Source: an uncultured delta proteobacterium (GTDB taxonomy: Bacteria > Desulfobacterota > Desulfobacteria > Desulfobacterales > JAFDCJ01). From it: DNA of 64,000 nt. A model generated the notes under the pieces. It ran no database searches, had not been told where the DNA came from, and worked only from the letters and a program-made list of their open reading frames with translations. Below are positions 35,297 to 45,071 of the stretch, in pieces; position 1 is the stretch's first letter; each line of letters begins with the position of its first letter. The translations under genes and the position numbers were made by a program. The stretch covers positions 32,001 through 96,000 of the forward strand of contig CAVYNY010000038.1 of assembly GCA_963769935.1 (NCBI GenBank). The letters run 5' to 3'.

Positions 35297-36043
35297 ATGC
35301 TGAGCGAGGAAGAGCTTCAGCGGTACCGGAGGCAAATGGCGCTGCCGGAAATCGGGGTGGCAGGCCAGCTGCGGCTTAGCGCCGGCCGGGTCATGGTGGC
35401 CGGCCTGGGCGGCTTGGGGTCGATCGCGGCCTACTATCTGACGGCAGCCGGCGTGGGATATCTTAAACTCATCGACCGCGACCGGGTAGCCCTGGATAAT
35501 TTGAACCGCCAGATCCTGCACACCAGCGCCGATATCAATCGTCCCAAGCCGGCGTCGGCGGCCGAAAAGCTGGCTCGCCTCAATCCCCACTGCCGGATTG
35601 AGGCGGTCCATGAGGCGATCATAGATGAAAACGCCGAAGCCCTGCTGGGCGACTGCAGCGTGATCTTCGATGCCACCGACAACCGCGCCACCAGGCAGGT
35701 CCTCAATCGGGTGTCCGTGCGGCGCCGCGTGCCGTTTGTCTACGGGGGGATCAGCGGCTGGGAGGGGATGGCCTCAACGTTCATTCCCGGTCAGAGCGCC
35801 TGCTTCAGCTGCCTGTTTCCGCCGCACAATCAAGCGGCGGAGACCGCGCCTCCCCCCGTACTGGGACCCACCGCCGGCATCGTGGCATCGATCCAATGCC
35901 TGGAGATTCTGCGGCTTTTAACCGGGTCCCCACCGCAGCTGGCGGGACGGCTGCTGCGGTTTTCCGGACTGACCATGGAATTTCGGATGCTGCCGATCGA
36001 GCGCAATCCGCACTGCCCGGTCTGCGGCGGCCTGCAAGGTTAG
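35297..36043 (+). CDS. ThiF/MoeB/HesA-family adenylyltransferase
   Basis: Motifs RYRRQ, GLGGLG, DRDRV..DNLNRQ, DATDN, CFSC and CPVC. Alternative start at 35267. Confidence 0.9.
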   Translation: MLSEEELQRYRRQMALPEIGVAGQLRLSAGRVMVAGLGGLGSIAAYYLTAAGVGYLKLIDRDRVALDNLNRQILHTSADINRPKPASAAEKLARLNPHCRIEAVHEAIIDENAEALLGDCSVIFDATDNRATRQVLNRVSVRRRVPFVYGGISGWEGMASTFIPGQSACFSCLFPPHNQAAETAPPPVLGPTAGIVASIQCLEILRLLTGSPPQLAGRLLRFSGLTMEFRMLPIERNPHCPVCGGLQG

Positions 36044-36052
36044 ATCATCTCC

Positions 36053-36265
36053 ATGAATGCCGTCATTCAAATCACCGTAAACGGATTGCCCGAAAATGTG
36101 CCGGCTGCGGCTACACTCGCCGAGCTGATCATCCGCTTCGACGAGGCGGACCCGGACCTGATCGTCGAGCACAACGGCCGGTTTGTATTCCCCCGGGACT
36201 ATTCCGCGATACGAGTGGCTCCCGACGACCGCATCGAATTTATTCATCCGAATTTCGGAGGATAA
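36053..36265 (+). CDS. thiS: ThiS/MoaD-family ubiquitin-like sulfur carrier
   Basis: 70 aa; ITVNG...VEHNG...DRIEFI and a C-terminal GG. Confidence 0.85.
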   Translation: MNAVIQITVNGLPENVPAAATLAELIIRFDEADPDLIVEHNGRFVFPRDYSAIRVAPDDRIEFIHPNFGG

Positions 36266-36424
36266 CGTGCAGCCCCGGAGTGCTTGAACCGGCTGTCCGC
36301 CGGCCTAAAAGACGGCTGGATTAATCGAGAAAGAAACTTTGGCAATTCGGACACAGTTGGATTTACTATCACGCCCACTTTCAGGCTTCGCTCTTCGAGC
36401 TACGACCCGACAAGCCGTTAGAGC

Positions 36425-36520
36425 TCACAGAGACCGCGGTCCGCCGGAGGCGGATTTCTCTCGCCGCAGGCGGCTGCCAACCCTTACCTTACCTCTGTGA
36501 CCTCTGAGCGCTCTGTGTGA
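36425..36520. repeat. Palindromic TCACAGAG...CTCTGTGA element between convergent operons
   Basis: tcacagagaccgcgg ... ctctgtgacctctgagcgctctgtgtga. Confidence 0.55.
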
Positions 36521-36551
36521 AATATATTTTCATATAAAAGGGTGGTGAATG

Positions 36552-37373
36552 CTATTCGGGTGCGGCCTCATTGTAAATTAAAAATCGGGAGCCCTTGGCG
36601 CGCGCCACCAGGGTAATTCCCAGGTCCTGTGACAATTCCAGGGCCATGCTGGTCGCACCGGATTTGGAGAGCAGTATGGGGATTCTCATGATGGCGGCTT
36701 TAATGACGATTTCAGAAGTGATGCGCCCGGTTGTATATAAAATTTTATCACTGCCGGATATCTCCTCGATCAGCATTTTGCCGGAGATGACGTCAGCTGC
36801 ATTATGCCGCCCGATATCTTCAATGTATATTAGAACGTCGCTTTGCCTGCAAAGCGCACACCCGTGAACGGATCCGGCCTTTCGATAAATCTCATTGTAA
36901 CTATGAAGCTTTTTCAGTAAAGCAAAAACCGTTGACCGGTGAACTCGTCCTCCATTCAGGCGCGATTCATATATTTTATCCAATAGGCAATTGAATAAAT
37001 TGCCTTGGCCGCATCCGCTGGTTACAATCCTGCCAAAGGCGGTCTGTCTCTCGTTAGGCAAGGGTTTATTCGAAGGCGTCGAGACGCTGACAACTTCATT
37101 TTCCCAGTCCACCGTTATGGAATCGATTTCACCTATATCGTTTATCAGGAGCTGATTCCGTAAAAATCCGACCGCCAATTCCTTGGGATGCGTTCCGATC
37201 GTCATCAGTGTTGCGAGATCGCTGTGATTTAACCGGATGGTCAAGGGGTTTTCGACCGGGACAAGCGTCGTGCAGGGATTTCCATCCTGATCTTTTGCTG
37301 CTGCCTGATGAACCTGCTTAAATTCCCCTGGAATCAATCCCGAACTTTGGTTTTTTTTCTCATGCCGGCTCAT
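36552..37373 (-). CDS. fdhD: FdhD/NarQ-family sulfurtransferase
   Basis: Motifs ENPLTI, LAVGFL, TSGCGQG, GSVHGCAL, EDIGRHNAAD and TTGRITSE. ATG 37373 overlaps the hcrA 3' end. Confidence 0.9.
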   Translation of the reverse strand: MSRHEKKNQSSGLIPGEFKQVHQAAAKDQDGNPCTTLVPVENPLTIRLNHSDLATLMTIGTHPKELAVGFLRNQLLINDIGEIDSITVDWENEVVSVSTPSNKPLPNERQTAFGRIVTSGCGQGNLFNCLLDKIYESRLNGGRVHRSTVFALLKKLHSYNEIYRKAGSVHGCALCRQSDVLIYIEDIGRHNAADVISGKMLIEEISGSDKILYTTGRITSEIVIKAAIMRIPILLSKSGATSMALELSQDLGITLVARAKGSRFLIYNEAAPE

Positions 37374-39657
37374 GCTCTTTTCGCTTCTCTTCCAAGGCGG
37401 CCAGAACCTTCTCGGGTGTAATCGGCAGTTCCATGAAGTCAACGCCGATGGCGTCGTAGATGGCATTGACGATGGCGGGCGCCGGCGACAGCTGGGTGCC
37501 CTCCCCGGCTTCTTTGGCGCCGAAGGGTCCGATCGGATCGTCGGTCACCACCTCGATGGCCTCGATCTGCGGCATTTCGAGAAAGGTCGGAAAGCCGTAG
37601 TCGAGAAATGACGGATTCATCACCTGGCCCTTTTCGACAATGACATCTTCATACAAGGCCTGTCCCATGCCGCCCACAACCGATCCTTCCAGCTGACCCT
37701 CCACCAGCATTGGATTGATCGGACGGCCGCAGTCATGGGCCGTCACCATCTTCAACAGCCTGACCCTGCCGGTCTGAAGGTCGACTTCCACCTCCGCGGC
37801 CTGGGTCATGAAGGAATAATTGGGCGCAAAATTGCCGCTTTCTTTAAACAGGGTGGTCGGCTCGGAGGCGGGTGCCATCCAGGATCCCCGGCCCACAATG
37901 GGCATGGGAAGATCCGCGTATTGATAGCCCTTGAGAGCTTCGAGCAGCGTCAAGCCCTTTTCCGGCGATCCTTTAACATAAATTTTGCGGTCCCTGGCCT
38001 CCAGATCGGCCGGATTGGCTTCCAGTTTATCGGCCACGAATTCGAATATCTTGTTTTTGACGGCAATTGCTGCCAACCGCGCGGCATTGCCGGCCCTGAC
38101 CGTCACCCCGCTGCCGAAGGTGCCGGGATCCAGCGGGGTAATCCCGGTGTCGGCCGCCGTTATCCGAATGTCTTCGATCGGCACGCCGAGTTCTTCGGCC
38201 ACAATCTGGCTGATCACGGTTTCGGCGCCCTGCCCGATGTCGGCGGCACCCGACAGTACATTGACGGCCCCGTCCCGGCCCACCTGAACCACCGCGCCGG
38301 AGCTGATATGACTCATATTGCTGACGCCGCTGGGAAAAGAGGCCCCGGCCAGACCGACACCCCTGCCGAATGGCAGCTTACCGCGTTTATCCTGCCACCC
38401 GATGGCAGCGGCGGCTTTGCCGACCGATTCGGCAAATCCGCAGGTATTGATCACAAAACCGCCCGGATGGGGCTCACCGGCATGAATACTGTTTTTGATG
38501 CGGATCTCGGCCGGATCGACGCCGATACGGTCCGCGATCATGTCCAGCTGCCGTTCCACCGCAAAACGGGCTTGCGGAATGCCGTGGCCCCGCATGGCGC
38601 CGCCCACGGGTTTATTGGTATAAATATGCGAGCCTTCATAGTAGAGATTCGGTACGCGATAGGGAATCATGAGGAAAAAACATGACAGGGCCATCATCGT
38701 CGGGGCGGTGCTGTTGTAAGCCCCGCCGTCCGCAAAAGCCTTATAGTCCTGTGCCAGAATCGTCCCATCCTTTTTCACGCCGGTCTTAACGGTAATATAC
38801 ATCGGATGCCTCTGCCGGGTGGCGATAAAGACTTCTTCACGCTCGTACAGAAACTTAACCGGCCGGCCCAGGTGCATCGCAAACCAGGCCGCACAGAAAT
38901 CCTTGGCAAACATATCAATCTTCTGACCGAAACCGCCGCCGACCTTGGGTTTGATGACGCGCACCTTGCTTTCCGGTATTTGAAGGGTATTCGATAAGTT
39001 CCTTCTGAGAAAAAACGGTATCTGGGTCGACGACCAGACCGTGAGTTCGCCGTTGAGCGGGTCAAATTGCGCCAGGGCCGCATGGGGTTCCAGCGGGGCA
39101 TGATTCACCGGCTGGGAGTAAAAGGTGTCCTCAAAAACGGCATCACATTCAGCAAACGCCTTGGCGACGTCGCCGAATTCCTTTTTGATGAAAAAAGAAG
39201 TATTGTTCTTGATCCCGTCATGGATCACGGGCGCACCATCTTTTTTGGCCTCCAGGGGATCGAATACGGCCGGCAGTTCTTCATAGTCCACCACGATTAG
39301 GCTCAGGGCCTCCTCGGCGATCTCGGGATCAACGGCACACACGGCCGCGACGTCGTCGCCGATATAGCGCACCTTGTCTTTGGCCAGCGCGTATTCATCC
39401 TTGGCCATGGGGACAATGCCGTACTTGCGGTCGGGTATTTCCCTGCCGGTCACGATCCCCTTGACGCCGGTCAGTTTCGCGGCCCTGGAAGTGTCGATAC
39501 TGATAATTCTGGCATGCGCCACGGGGCTTCGCAATATCCTCCCGAAGAGCATTCCCGGCAGAACAAGATCATCGGTGAAAAGGGCGGCCCCTTTGACTTT
39601 CTGGGCTGCATCCAACATGGGCACGCGGGTTCCTACAACGTTAAATTCTTTTTCCAT
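37360..39657 (-). CDS. hcrA: 4-hydroxybenzoyl-CoA reductase alpha (molybdopterin) subunit
   Basis: Motifs VGGGFG, GAMRGHG, ADIGQG, HDCG and GAKEAGEG; in an operon with an HcrB-type subunit. Confidence 0.8.
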   Translation of the reverse strand: MEKEFNVVGTRVPMLDAAQKVKGAALFTDDLVLPGMLFGRILRSPVAHARIISIDTSRAAKLTGVKGIVTGREIPDRKYGIVPMAKDEYALAKDKVRYIGDDVAAVCAVDPEIAEEALSLIVVDYEELPAVFDPLEAKKDGAPVIHDGIKNNTSFFIKKEFGDVAKAFAECDAVFEDTFYSQPVNHAPLEPHAALAQFDPLNGELTVWSSTQIPFFLRRNLSNTLQIPESKVRVIKPKVGGGFGQKIDMFAKDFCAAWFAMHLGRPVKFLYEREEVFIATRQRHPMYITVKTGVKKDGTILAQDYKAFADGGAYNSTAPTMMALSCFFLMIPYRVPNLYYEGSHIYTNKPVGGAMRGHGIPQARFAVERQLDMIADRIGVDPAEIRIKNSIHAGEPHPGGFVINTCGFAESVGKAAAAIGWQDKRGKLPFGRGVGLAGASFPSGVSNMSHISSGAVVQVGRDGAVNVLSGAADIGQGAETVISQIVAEELGVPIEDIRITAADTGITPLDPGTFGSGVTVRAGNAARLAAIAVKNKIFEFVADKLEANPADLEARDRKIYVKGSPEKGLTLLEALKGYQYADLPMPIVGRGSWMAPASEPTTLFKESGNFAPNYSFMTQAAEVEVDLQTGRVRLLKMVTAHDCGRPINPMLVEGQLEGSVVGGMGQALYEDVIVEKGQVMNPSFLDYGFPTFLEMPQIEAIEVVTDDPIGPFGAKEAGEGTQLSPAPAIVNAIYDAIGVDFMELPITPEKVLAALEEKRKEHEPA

Positions 39658-39745
39658 CTGAGGCTCCTAGTACGTCCTACAAGGTCATGCTTGCAGGAAA
39701 TTTAGTCATTGGCGCAGCGAATGTGCTGTAAAGTCGTATGGTTGA

Positions 39746-40101
39746 GTTTCAGGTGTCAGGTGTCAGCGTCCCTGCAAGTTGCCGAAACGGCAAAGTTAAA
39801 AGAAGAAAAGACTTTTTCACTACCCAAAAAATTTATAATATTTTCCAATTGCTGAAGCCTTATATGAAACTACACTATAAAAGTTTCTTTCTCGATCAGA
39901 CTGGACGCTGGCGGCCAGAGGCGGTGCTCGTATGAAACTTTGTTTATTCTGACTGCTGACGTAGGGGGGGCCTCCGTGCCCGCCGGAATGGTTCGGCGCG
40001 GAGGCCGACCCTACGTTCGTACATGGTCGGAGTTTCTTTTTCGATCAAACTAGCCAATTCGACGATCTGCGGCTTGGCTGAAACCTGACAGCTGACACCT
40101 G
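39746..40101. repeat. Composite palindromic intergenic element between hcrC and hcrA
   Basis: Outer arms gtttcaggtgtcaggtgtcag and ctgaaacctgacagctgacacctg; two AGTTTCTTT.TCGATCA.ACT units; a GTAG-type REP-like hairpin at 39961-40015. Confidence 0.7.
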
Positions 40102-40161
40102 GAACTTCTAAAAAATCCGATCACTCGGCAACATCTCCCCAAACCTTTCGATATGTCGCCG

Positions 40162-40641
40162 CTAAGCATCCGGCGTGCTTTGCTCGGCGACACTCATCAC
40201 GGCTTCTAAAATTTTCTTGTACCCGGTGCAGCGGCAGAGATTGCCGGCCATCTTTTTCTTGACCACCTCCTCGGTGGGATGCTCGTCTTCGTTTAAAATG
40301 GCCTCGGCCGTCAATATCATCCCCGGTGTGCAGAAACCGCATTGCAGTCCACCATGGTCGATGAAGGCTTTTTGCAGTGGATGCAGATCACCGCCGGCGG
40401 CTAAACCTTCAATGGTGATAATTTCTTTCCCCGCCGCATCGACAGCCAGCATCAAACAGGACAAATAGGCCTCGCCGTCGATCAGGACCGTGCAGGCGCC
40501 GCAGGCTCCCAGATCACATCCCCGTTTGGTTCCCATTAAGCCTAACTTTTCCCGCAGCACCTCCAGCAGGGTGTGGTTGGGAGCAACCAATAATTCATAC
40601 GTATCGCCATTGACATTGAGTTCTATTGCCCGCTTCATCAT
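40162..40641 (-). CDS. hcrC: 4-hydroxybenzoyl-CoA reductase gamma (2Fe-2S) subunit
   Basis: Motifs GCDLGACGACTV, QCGFCTPG and GNLCRCTGY. Confidence 0.8.
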   Translation of the reverse strand: MMKRAIELNVNGDTYELLVAPNHTLLEVLREKLGLMGTKRGCDLGACGACTVLIDGEAYLSCLMLAVDAAGKEIITIEGLAAGGDLHPLQKAFIDHGGLQCGFCTPGMILTAEAILNEDEHPTEEVVKKKMAGNLCRCTGYKKILEAVMSVAEQSTPDA

Positions 40642-40726
40642 TTTTGCCTCCGCAGAGCCTTATTCGTGGTTTTTTTCAATCTAAAAGACAGAATTCTGTA
40701 AATATTCAATCTTCAATATTCAATAT

Positions 40727-41698
40727 TCATTTCAAATCCCGGCTTTTCTCGGCAGCGCCGCGCAGCAGCAATCCCATCATCTTGCGTTTATGGGACGGGG
40801 AATAGAGCGAAGTTTTCACCGGACTGGCCTCCTTGGCGGCAAGGTCGCAGGCGGCCCTGATGTTCTCGTCGGTGAGCTCCCGGCCCTGCAAAAATTCTTC
40901 GATGTTTTTGCCTCGCAAGGGCTTGCGATCAACGGCTGTAAAAGCGACCCGGTATTCTTTTTCCTCCGCGGACGCCCAGAAAGCAGTACCCACAATCGGA
41001 AAATCAATGCTGTCGCGATTGGCAAATTTCATATAACTTAAAACCCCGTTGATTGACGCGCCGGGGATTACGATTTCGGTTAAAATCTCGGTACCTGCCA
41101 GGGTGAGGGGCGCCTTGCCGTTGCCGGTAAAAAGCTTCTGTAATGGTATCTCCCGTTCACCGCCACTGCCGGCCAGTTTGACGCCGGCATTCAAGGCCAG
41201 AAGCGCCGGTGCCAGATCGCCGCAGTAGGTTGAATAGCAGATCTCTTTTTTGTTGACCACGTGGCAGATCTCGCCGCCCGCCTTAAAGCAGGTCGGCCGG
41301 GAACTTCGCCACCATTTGGATTGATTGAAGTACTTGCAGCGGTTCTGCTGGCAGATATTGCCGCCGACGGTTCCCATCACCTGGTGATGATAGGAACCGA
41401 CGCAGGAAGCAGCCCGGGCTAAACCAGGCAGGTTGTCCGCAACCGGGCCGGTCATGTAGAGGCGTTTCAGGGGAGCCAGGGCGCCGACCCGCATATCTCC
41501 GTTATCCTGCCGTATGTAATTCAGATCGGCGATTCGTTTGATATTGACGACAGCCGGCGGGCATTCAACGCGGTATTTCATGTTAACCAGCAGATCGGTT
41601 CCGCCGGCGAGGATTCTGGCATCCGGTTCATTTTGCAGAATAGACACCGCCTCCCGGATGTTCTTGGGCTCAAAATATTCAAATTTAGGTAGTCTCAC
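40727..41698 (-). CDS. hcrB: 4-hydroxybenzoyl-CoA reductase beta (FAD) subunit with [4Fe-4S] insertion
   Basis: AGGTDL plus the Cys-rich insertion NRCKYFNQSKWWRSSRPTCFKAGGEICHVVNKKEIC typical of HcrB, and IDFP. Confidence 0.85.
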   Translation of the reverse strand: MRLPKFEYFEPKNIREAVSILQNEPDARILAGGTDLLVNMKYRVECPPAVVNIKRIADLNYIRQDNGDMRVGALAPLKRLYMTGPVADNLPGLARAASCVGSYHHQVMGTVGGNICQQNRCKYFNQSKWWRSSRPTCFKAGGEICHVVNKKEICYSTYCGDLAPALLALNAGVKLAGSGGEREIPLQKLFTGNGKAPLTLAGTEILTEIVIPGASINGVLSYMKFANRDSIDFPIVGTAFWASAEEKEYRVAFTAVDRKPLRGKNIEEFLQGRELTDENIRAACDLAAKEASPVKTSLYSPSHKRKMMGLLLRGAAEKSRDLK

Positions 41699-41849
41699 AG
41701 CGGGCCCCCTTTTGGGATTGAATATTGAAGATTGAAGATTGATGGTATGCTATCTTATTTTAAATGTATTAATCTAATTTATATGGTAATGCAAATTCAA
41801 AAGTTTGCTAAGTTGAATGCTGATGAAACTTTAAATGGCAGAAAATAAA

Positions 41850-41864
41850 TTTCATATCGTGAAA
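41850..41864. promoter_or_regulatory. Candidate IclR operator TTTCA-N5-TGAAA upstream of hcrB
   Basis: TTTCATATCGTGAAA; a similar ATTCATAATATGAAA overlaps the divergent iclR start (42163-42177). Confidence 0.5.
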
Positions 41865-41930
41865 TATAGTTTCAAGATACCTGTCTCTATTATGATCCCG
41901 ATCTTATTGTCAACAATTAAATTCTTATAA

Positions 41931-42101
41931 GAGTTCAGGGTTCAAACGTTAAAATGTGAAATTATTTTTGAGTGAGCCCTAAGTAGGGGCGGGCTTTACG
42001 CCCGACCGGATTAGGTGCCGTCAACCGAACTCTCTGAACCCTTGAACCTCTGAACGTTTGAACCCTGAACCCTGAAACTCTGAACCCTGTAACTCTGAAC
42101 C
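41931..42101. repeat. Inverted TGAACC(C) arrays enclosing a GTAG REP-like hairpin
   Basis: gagttcagggttcaaacg at 41931; gtaggggcggg at 41983; a run of tgaacc-like units at 42030-42101. Confidence 0.7.
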
Positions 42102-42171
42102 TGCCATTTTCTTCTTGACCTTAAAATAAAACATGATATAGGTTCCACATATTAAACTAGAGATTCATAAT

Positions 42172-42963
42172 ATGAAACTATCGGCTGCGGAAAATTCAAT
42201 CTACCGGGTCCAGGCCCTGGAGCGAGCGCTGGACATTCTGGACTGTTTCAATTTCCAGAACAGGGAACTAAGCCTGGCCGATGTGGTATGCCGCACCGGA
42301 CTCAACAAGACCACCGCCAAGCGGCTGATTTCGAATCTGACAACGCGCGGTTATTTGCAGCAGGACCCCCAAACCAGAAAGTATCAGCTCGGCATGCGTC
42401 TGTTTGAGCTGGGCGGCGTTGTTTTTTCATCCTTTTCCCTGCGCCGGTCAGCCGCCTCTCCCATGACCGGCCTTCAGAATAAAACCGGTGCCACCGTGCT
42501 TCTGGGCGTCAGAATGGAGGATCAGCTGGTTTATGTCGACAAACGCGAGGGCGACGGTATGATCCGTATTTCATCGGATGTCGGCTGGCGCCGGCCGTTG
42601 CACTACGGCATGCTGGGCATGGTGCTGATGGCCAGTCTCGAATCAAAGGAAGTTGATCGGATCCTGAAAAAATATCCCCTTGAAGCCCACACCCCCTTCT
42701 CGATTACCGATATCGATGCATTCAGCCTGCGGTTGGAAGAAATTCGCGTTCAGGGGTATGCCGTTGAGAAAGAAGAAGCCGTTGAAGGTCTGGTTGGTAT
42801 TGCCGCCCCCATAAAGAATTACAGCCGTCAGGTCGTGGCGGCGCTCGGCCTGGCGTTGCCCCTCGGCCGGCGCAATCTGAATGAAGATTTGGCTGGAATT
42901 GTGAAATCGGTGAAATATACTTGCGATTTGATTTCATCCGAATTGGGTTATTTGAAGATATAG
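42172..42963 (+). CDS. IclR-family transcriptional regulator
   Basis: VQALERALDIL, HTH GLNKTTAKRL, GYAVEKEE and GIAAPI. Confidence 0.92.
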   Translation: MKLSAAENSIYRVQALERALDILDCFNFQNRELSLADVVCRTGLNKTTAKRLISNLTTRGYLQQDPQTRKYQLGMRLFELGGVVFSSFSLRRSAASPMTGLQNKTGATVLLGVRMEDQLVYVDKREGDGMIRISSDVGWRRPLHYGMLGMVLMASLESKEVDRILKKYPLEAHTPFSITDIDAFSLRLEEIRVQGYAVEKEEAVEGLVGIAAPIKNYSRQVVAALGLALPLGRRNLNEDLAGIVKSVKYTCDLISSELGYLKI

Positions 42964-42973
42964 AGGTTTAAAT

Positions 42974-44581
42974 ATGAAAATCTACGAATCTTTATCACTG
43001 GGACAAGTCCTGGAAAGAGGTGCCGCTCAAGCGCCTGATAAAGTCGCCGTGGTGGATGGCATTCAACGGAAGACTTACCGCGAATTGAACGCCATGGTCA
43101 ACGCGCTGGCCGTCAGTCTGTCTGAAATCGGATTAAAAAAAGGAGATCGAATCGCCCTTCATATGCCCAATTCCATAGAGTTGCTGACCGCCTTTTATGC
43201 CCTGCAAAAATTAGGCGCCGTCGTCGCCTGGGCCAATCCCATTTATCGCCGGAACGAGGCTCAGTTCATACTTAAAAATTCAGAGGCCCGAGGGGTGTTT
43301 ATTTTCAGCAATTGGGATGGCAGAAATTATCATGATGACATTCTGAATCTGAAAGACGAGCTGCCGGACCTGGAGTTCGTTTTCGCCGTCGGCAGCAATC
43401 AGGGCCAGGGCGTGTATTCCTTCTCTGATTTAGTCGGCAAGGGGATGGAGAAAACTTTTTCTGCTGAGCCTGTCGACCCTTTAACCGATCTGGCCATGCT
43501 GCTTTATACCTCCGGAACCACCGGCCGTCCCAAGGGGGCGATGATCACCCATTATGCTGCGGTCAGGGCGGCCTGGGAATACTCCTTAGGTGTTGAGGCT
43601 TCTTCAGAAGACATTTTTATCGGCTTTTTGCCCATGAGCCATTCCTACGGCTGCGGATCGATTCTGATTCAGCCCCTGCTGCTTCAGGCGACCGTGGTAT
43701 TGATGGACAAATTCGAGGTGGAGAAAGCCTTTCAACTCATCGAGCAGGAAAAGATTACCCTGCAATTGGGCGCACCACCTCACTATATCCTGGAGTTAAG
43801 CCACAAAAGTCGACCCGCTTTTGACCTCAGTTCCGTGCGCGCCGGGATGATTGCCGGCATGATCGCACCCGAGGGCCTGATAACGCGGGTCGATAAAGAG
43901 ATGGGGATATATTTGACCTCTTTCTGGGGGGCTTCCGAAGTCGGGCCGGGACTGGGAACCATGTGCCCCTACCCTTCCCCGCTGGATATCCGGGAAAAAT
44001 ACATCGGCCAACCGGTGGCCGGCACTCAAATGCGAATTGTCGATCCCGTCACCCATGAAGAGCTGCCCGACGGGGAGATTGGAGAGCTGACCCTCAAAGG
44101 CTGGCATGTCATGCAGGGCTATTGGAAAAATCCGGCGGAAACCCAAAGACAGATTATCGATGGATGGCTTCACATGGGAGATCTGGCATCCAAAGAAGCA
44201 AACGGCTACCTGAAAATTTACGGGCGCACCAAGGACCTGATCAACCGCGGCGGCTATAAAATTTATCCCTATGAACTGGAATGCCTGCTGGTCGAACATC
44301 CCAAAGTCGAACAAGTCTGCATCGTCGCAACGCCGAATCCGGTTCTGGGCGAATCCATCTGCGCTTGTGTAGTCCCCAAACCGGGTCAAACAGTTACTCT
44401 GGCAGAAGTCAGGGAGTTACTGCAGGATCGGGTTGCCCCGCATAAACTGCCCGACGAACTTTGTGTCATGGAAGATTTCCCGAAGTTATCCGGCGGTATA
44501 AAAATTAAAAAATTCGGCCAGGGCGGCCTGGCGGAGTTGGCCGATAAGGACGAATCCAGGCAAAAAATTCGAAAGAAATAA
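42974..44581 (+). CDS. Class I adenylate-forming acyl/aryl-CoA ligase
   Basis: Motifs YTSGTTGRPKG, WGASE, GWLHMGD, GRTKDLINRGG and SGGIK. Confidence 0.9.
   Translation: MKIYESLSLGQVLERGAAQAPDKVAVVDGIQRKTYRELNAMVNALAVSLSEIGLKKGDRIALHMPNSIELLTAFYALQKLGAVVAWANPIYRRNEAQFILKNSEARGVFIFSNWDGRNYHDDILNLKDELPDLEFVFAVGSNQGQGVYSFSDLVGKGMEKTFSAEPVDPLTDLAMLLYTSGTTGRPKGAMITHYAAVRAAWEYSLGVEASSEDIFIGFLPMSHSYGCGSILIQPLLLQATVVLMDKFEVEKAFQLIEQEKITLQLGAPPHYILELSHKSRPAFDLSSVRAGMIAGMIAPEGLITRVDKEMGIYLTSFWGASEVGPGLGTMCPYPSPLDIREKYIGQPVAGTQMRIVDPVTHEELPDGEIGELTLKGWHVMQGYWKNPAETQRQIIDGWLHMGDLASKEANGYLKIYGRTKDLINRGGYKIYPYELECLLVEHPKVEQVCIVATPNPVLGESICACVVPKPGQTVTLAEVRELLQDRVAPHKLPDELCVMEDFPKLSGGIKIKKFGQGGLAELADKDESRQKIRKK
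44085..44581 (+). repeat. Direct repeat copy 1 (~497 bp, 3' end of the CoA ligase)
   Basis: Near-identical to 51571-52067 at an offset of 7486; five substitutions seen by eye. Confidence 0.95.
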
Positions 44582-44712
44582 AATCCAAGAAGTTATGCTT
44601 TGCAATGACCGAAATTTAATCTTACATCTAAGAAAATCGAGACAGAACTTGATCTGACAATATGCCTGAAAATGGTATGTTTACAGTACCTGTAATTTTG
44701 AGAGGCCCGATT

Positions 44713-44847
44713 TTATGCAGATACCCCAACTAATTCAAATTCTGCATCCTCAGTAAACATTGTCAATACTTTATCTACGTCTTTTCGATTGACCGCGTCC
44801 TTAAAAGATTCAACCAGACTTTGGAGATTGATAGTTTCTGCCATCAT
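44713..44847 (-). pseudogene. Truncated SnoaL/NTF2-like N-terminal fragment (44 aa)
   Basis: Manual translation MMAETINLQSLVESFKDAVNRKDVDKVLTMFTEDAEFELVGVSA*, with an AGAGGAG RBS. Confidence 0.45.
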
Positions 44848-44916
44848 TCAGTCTCCTCTTTTTGAATATTAAGACGGCAATTTTTGACTTGAGTAACAGA
44901 GAATAAAGTAATATCC

Positions 44917-44945
44917 CCCAACCCCCGGCTCTGCCGGGGGTTGGG
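44917..44945. terminator. Perfect 13-bp GC-rich hairpin (terminator or REP/IS200-type end hairpin)
   Basis: cccaacccccggc-tct-gccgggggttggg. Confidence 0.6.
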
Positions 44946-44964
44946 AGCTACCTAAAGTAAATTA

Positions 44965-45071
44965 TTAATCGGAGCAGGTGAAGTTTGATGCTGAGTCGAC
45001 TACACCGTACCCGTTGTATTTCGGCCATGTCGGATACTCGCACAGCCGCTGGGTGCGGCCCACATGGACGG
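44965..45071 (-). pseudogene. Diverged duplicate of the tannase C-terminus
   Basis: VHVGRTQRLCEYPTWPKYNGYGVVDSASNFTCSD versus VHVGRTRPLCEYPTWPKYKGSGDPNLASSFTCA in the gene. Confidence 0.8.
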
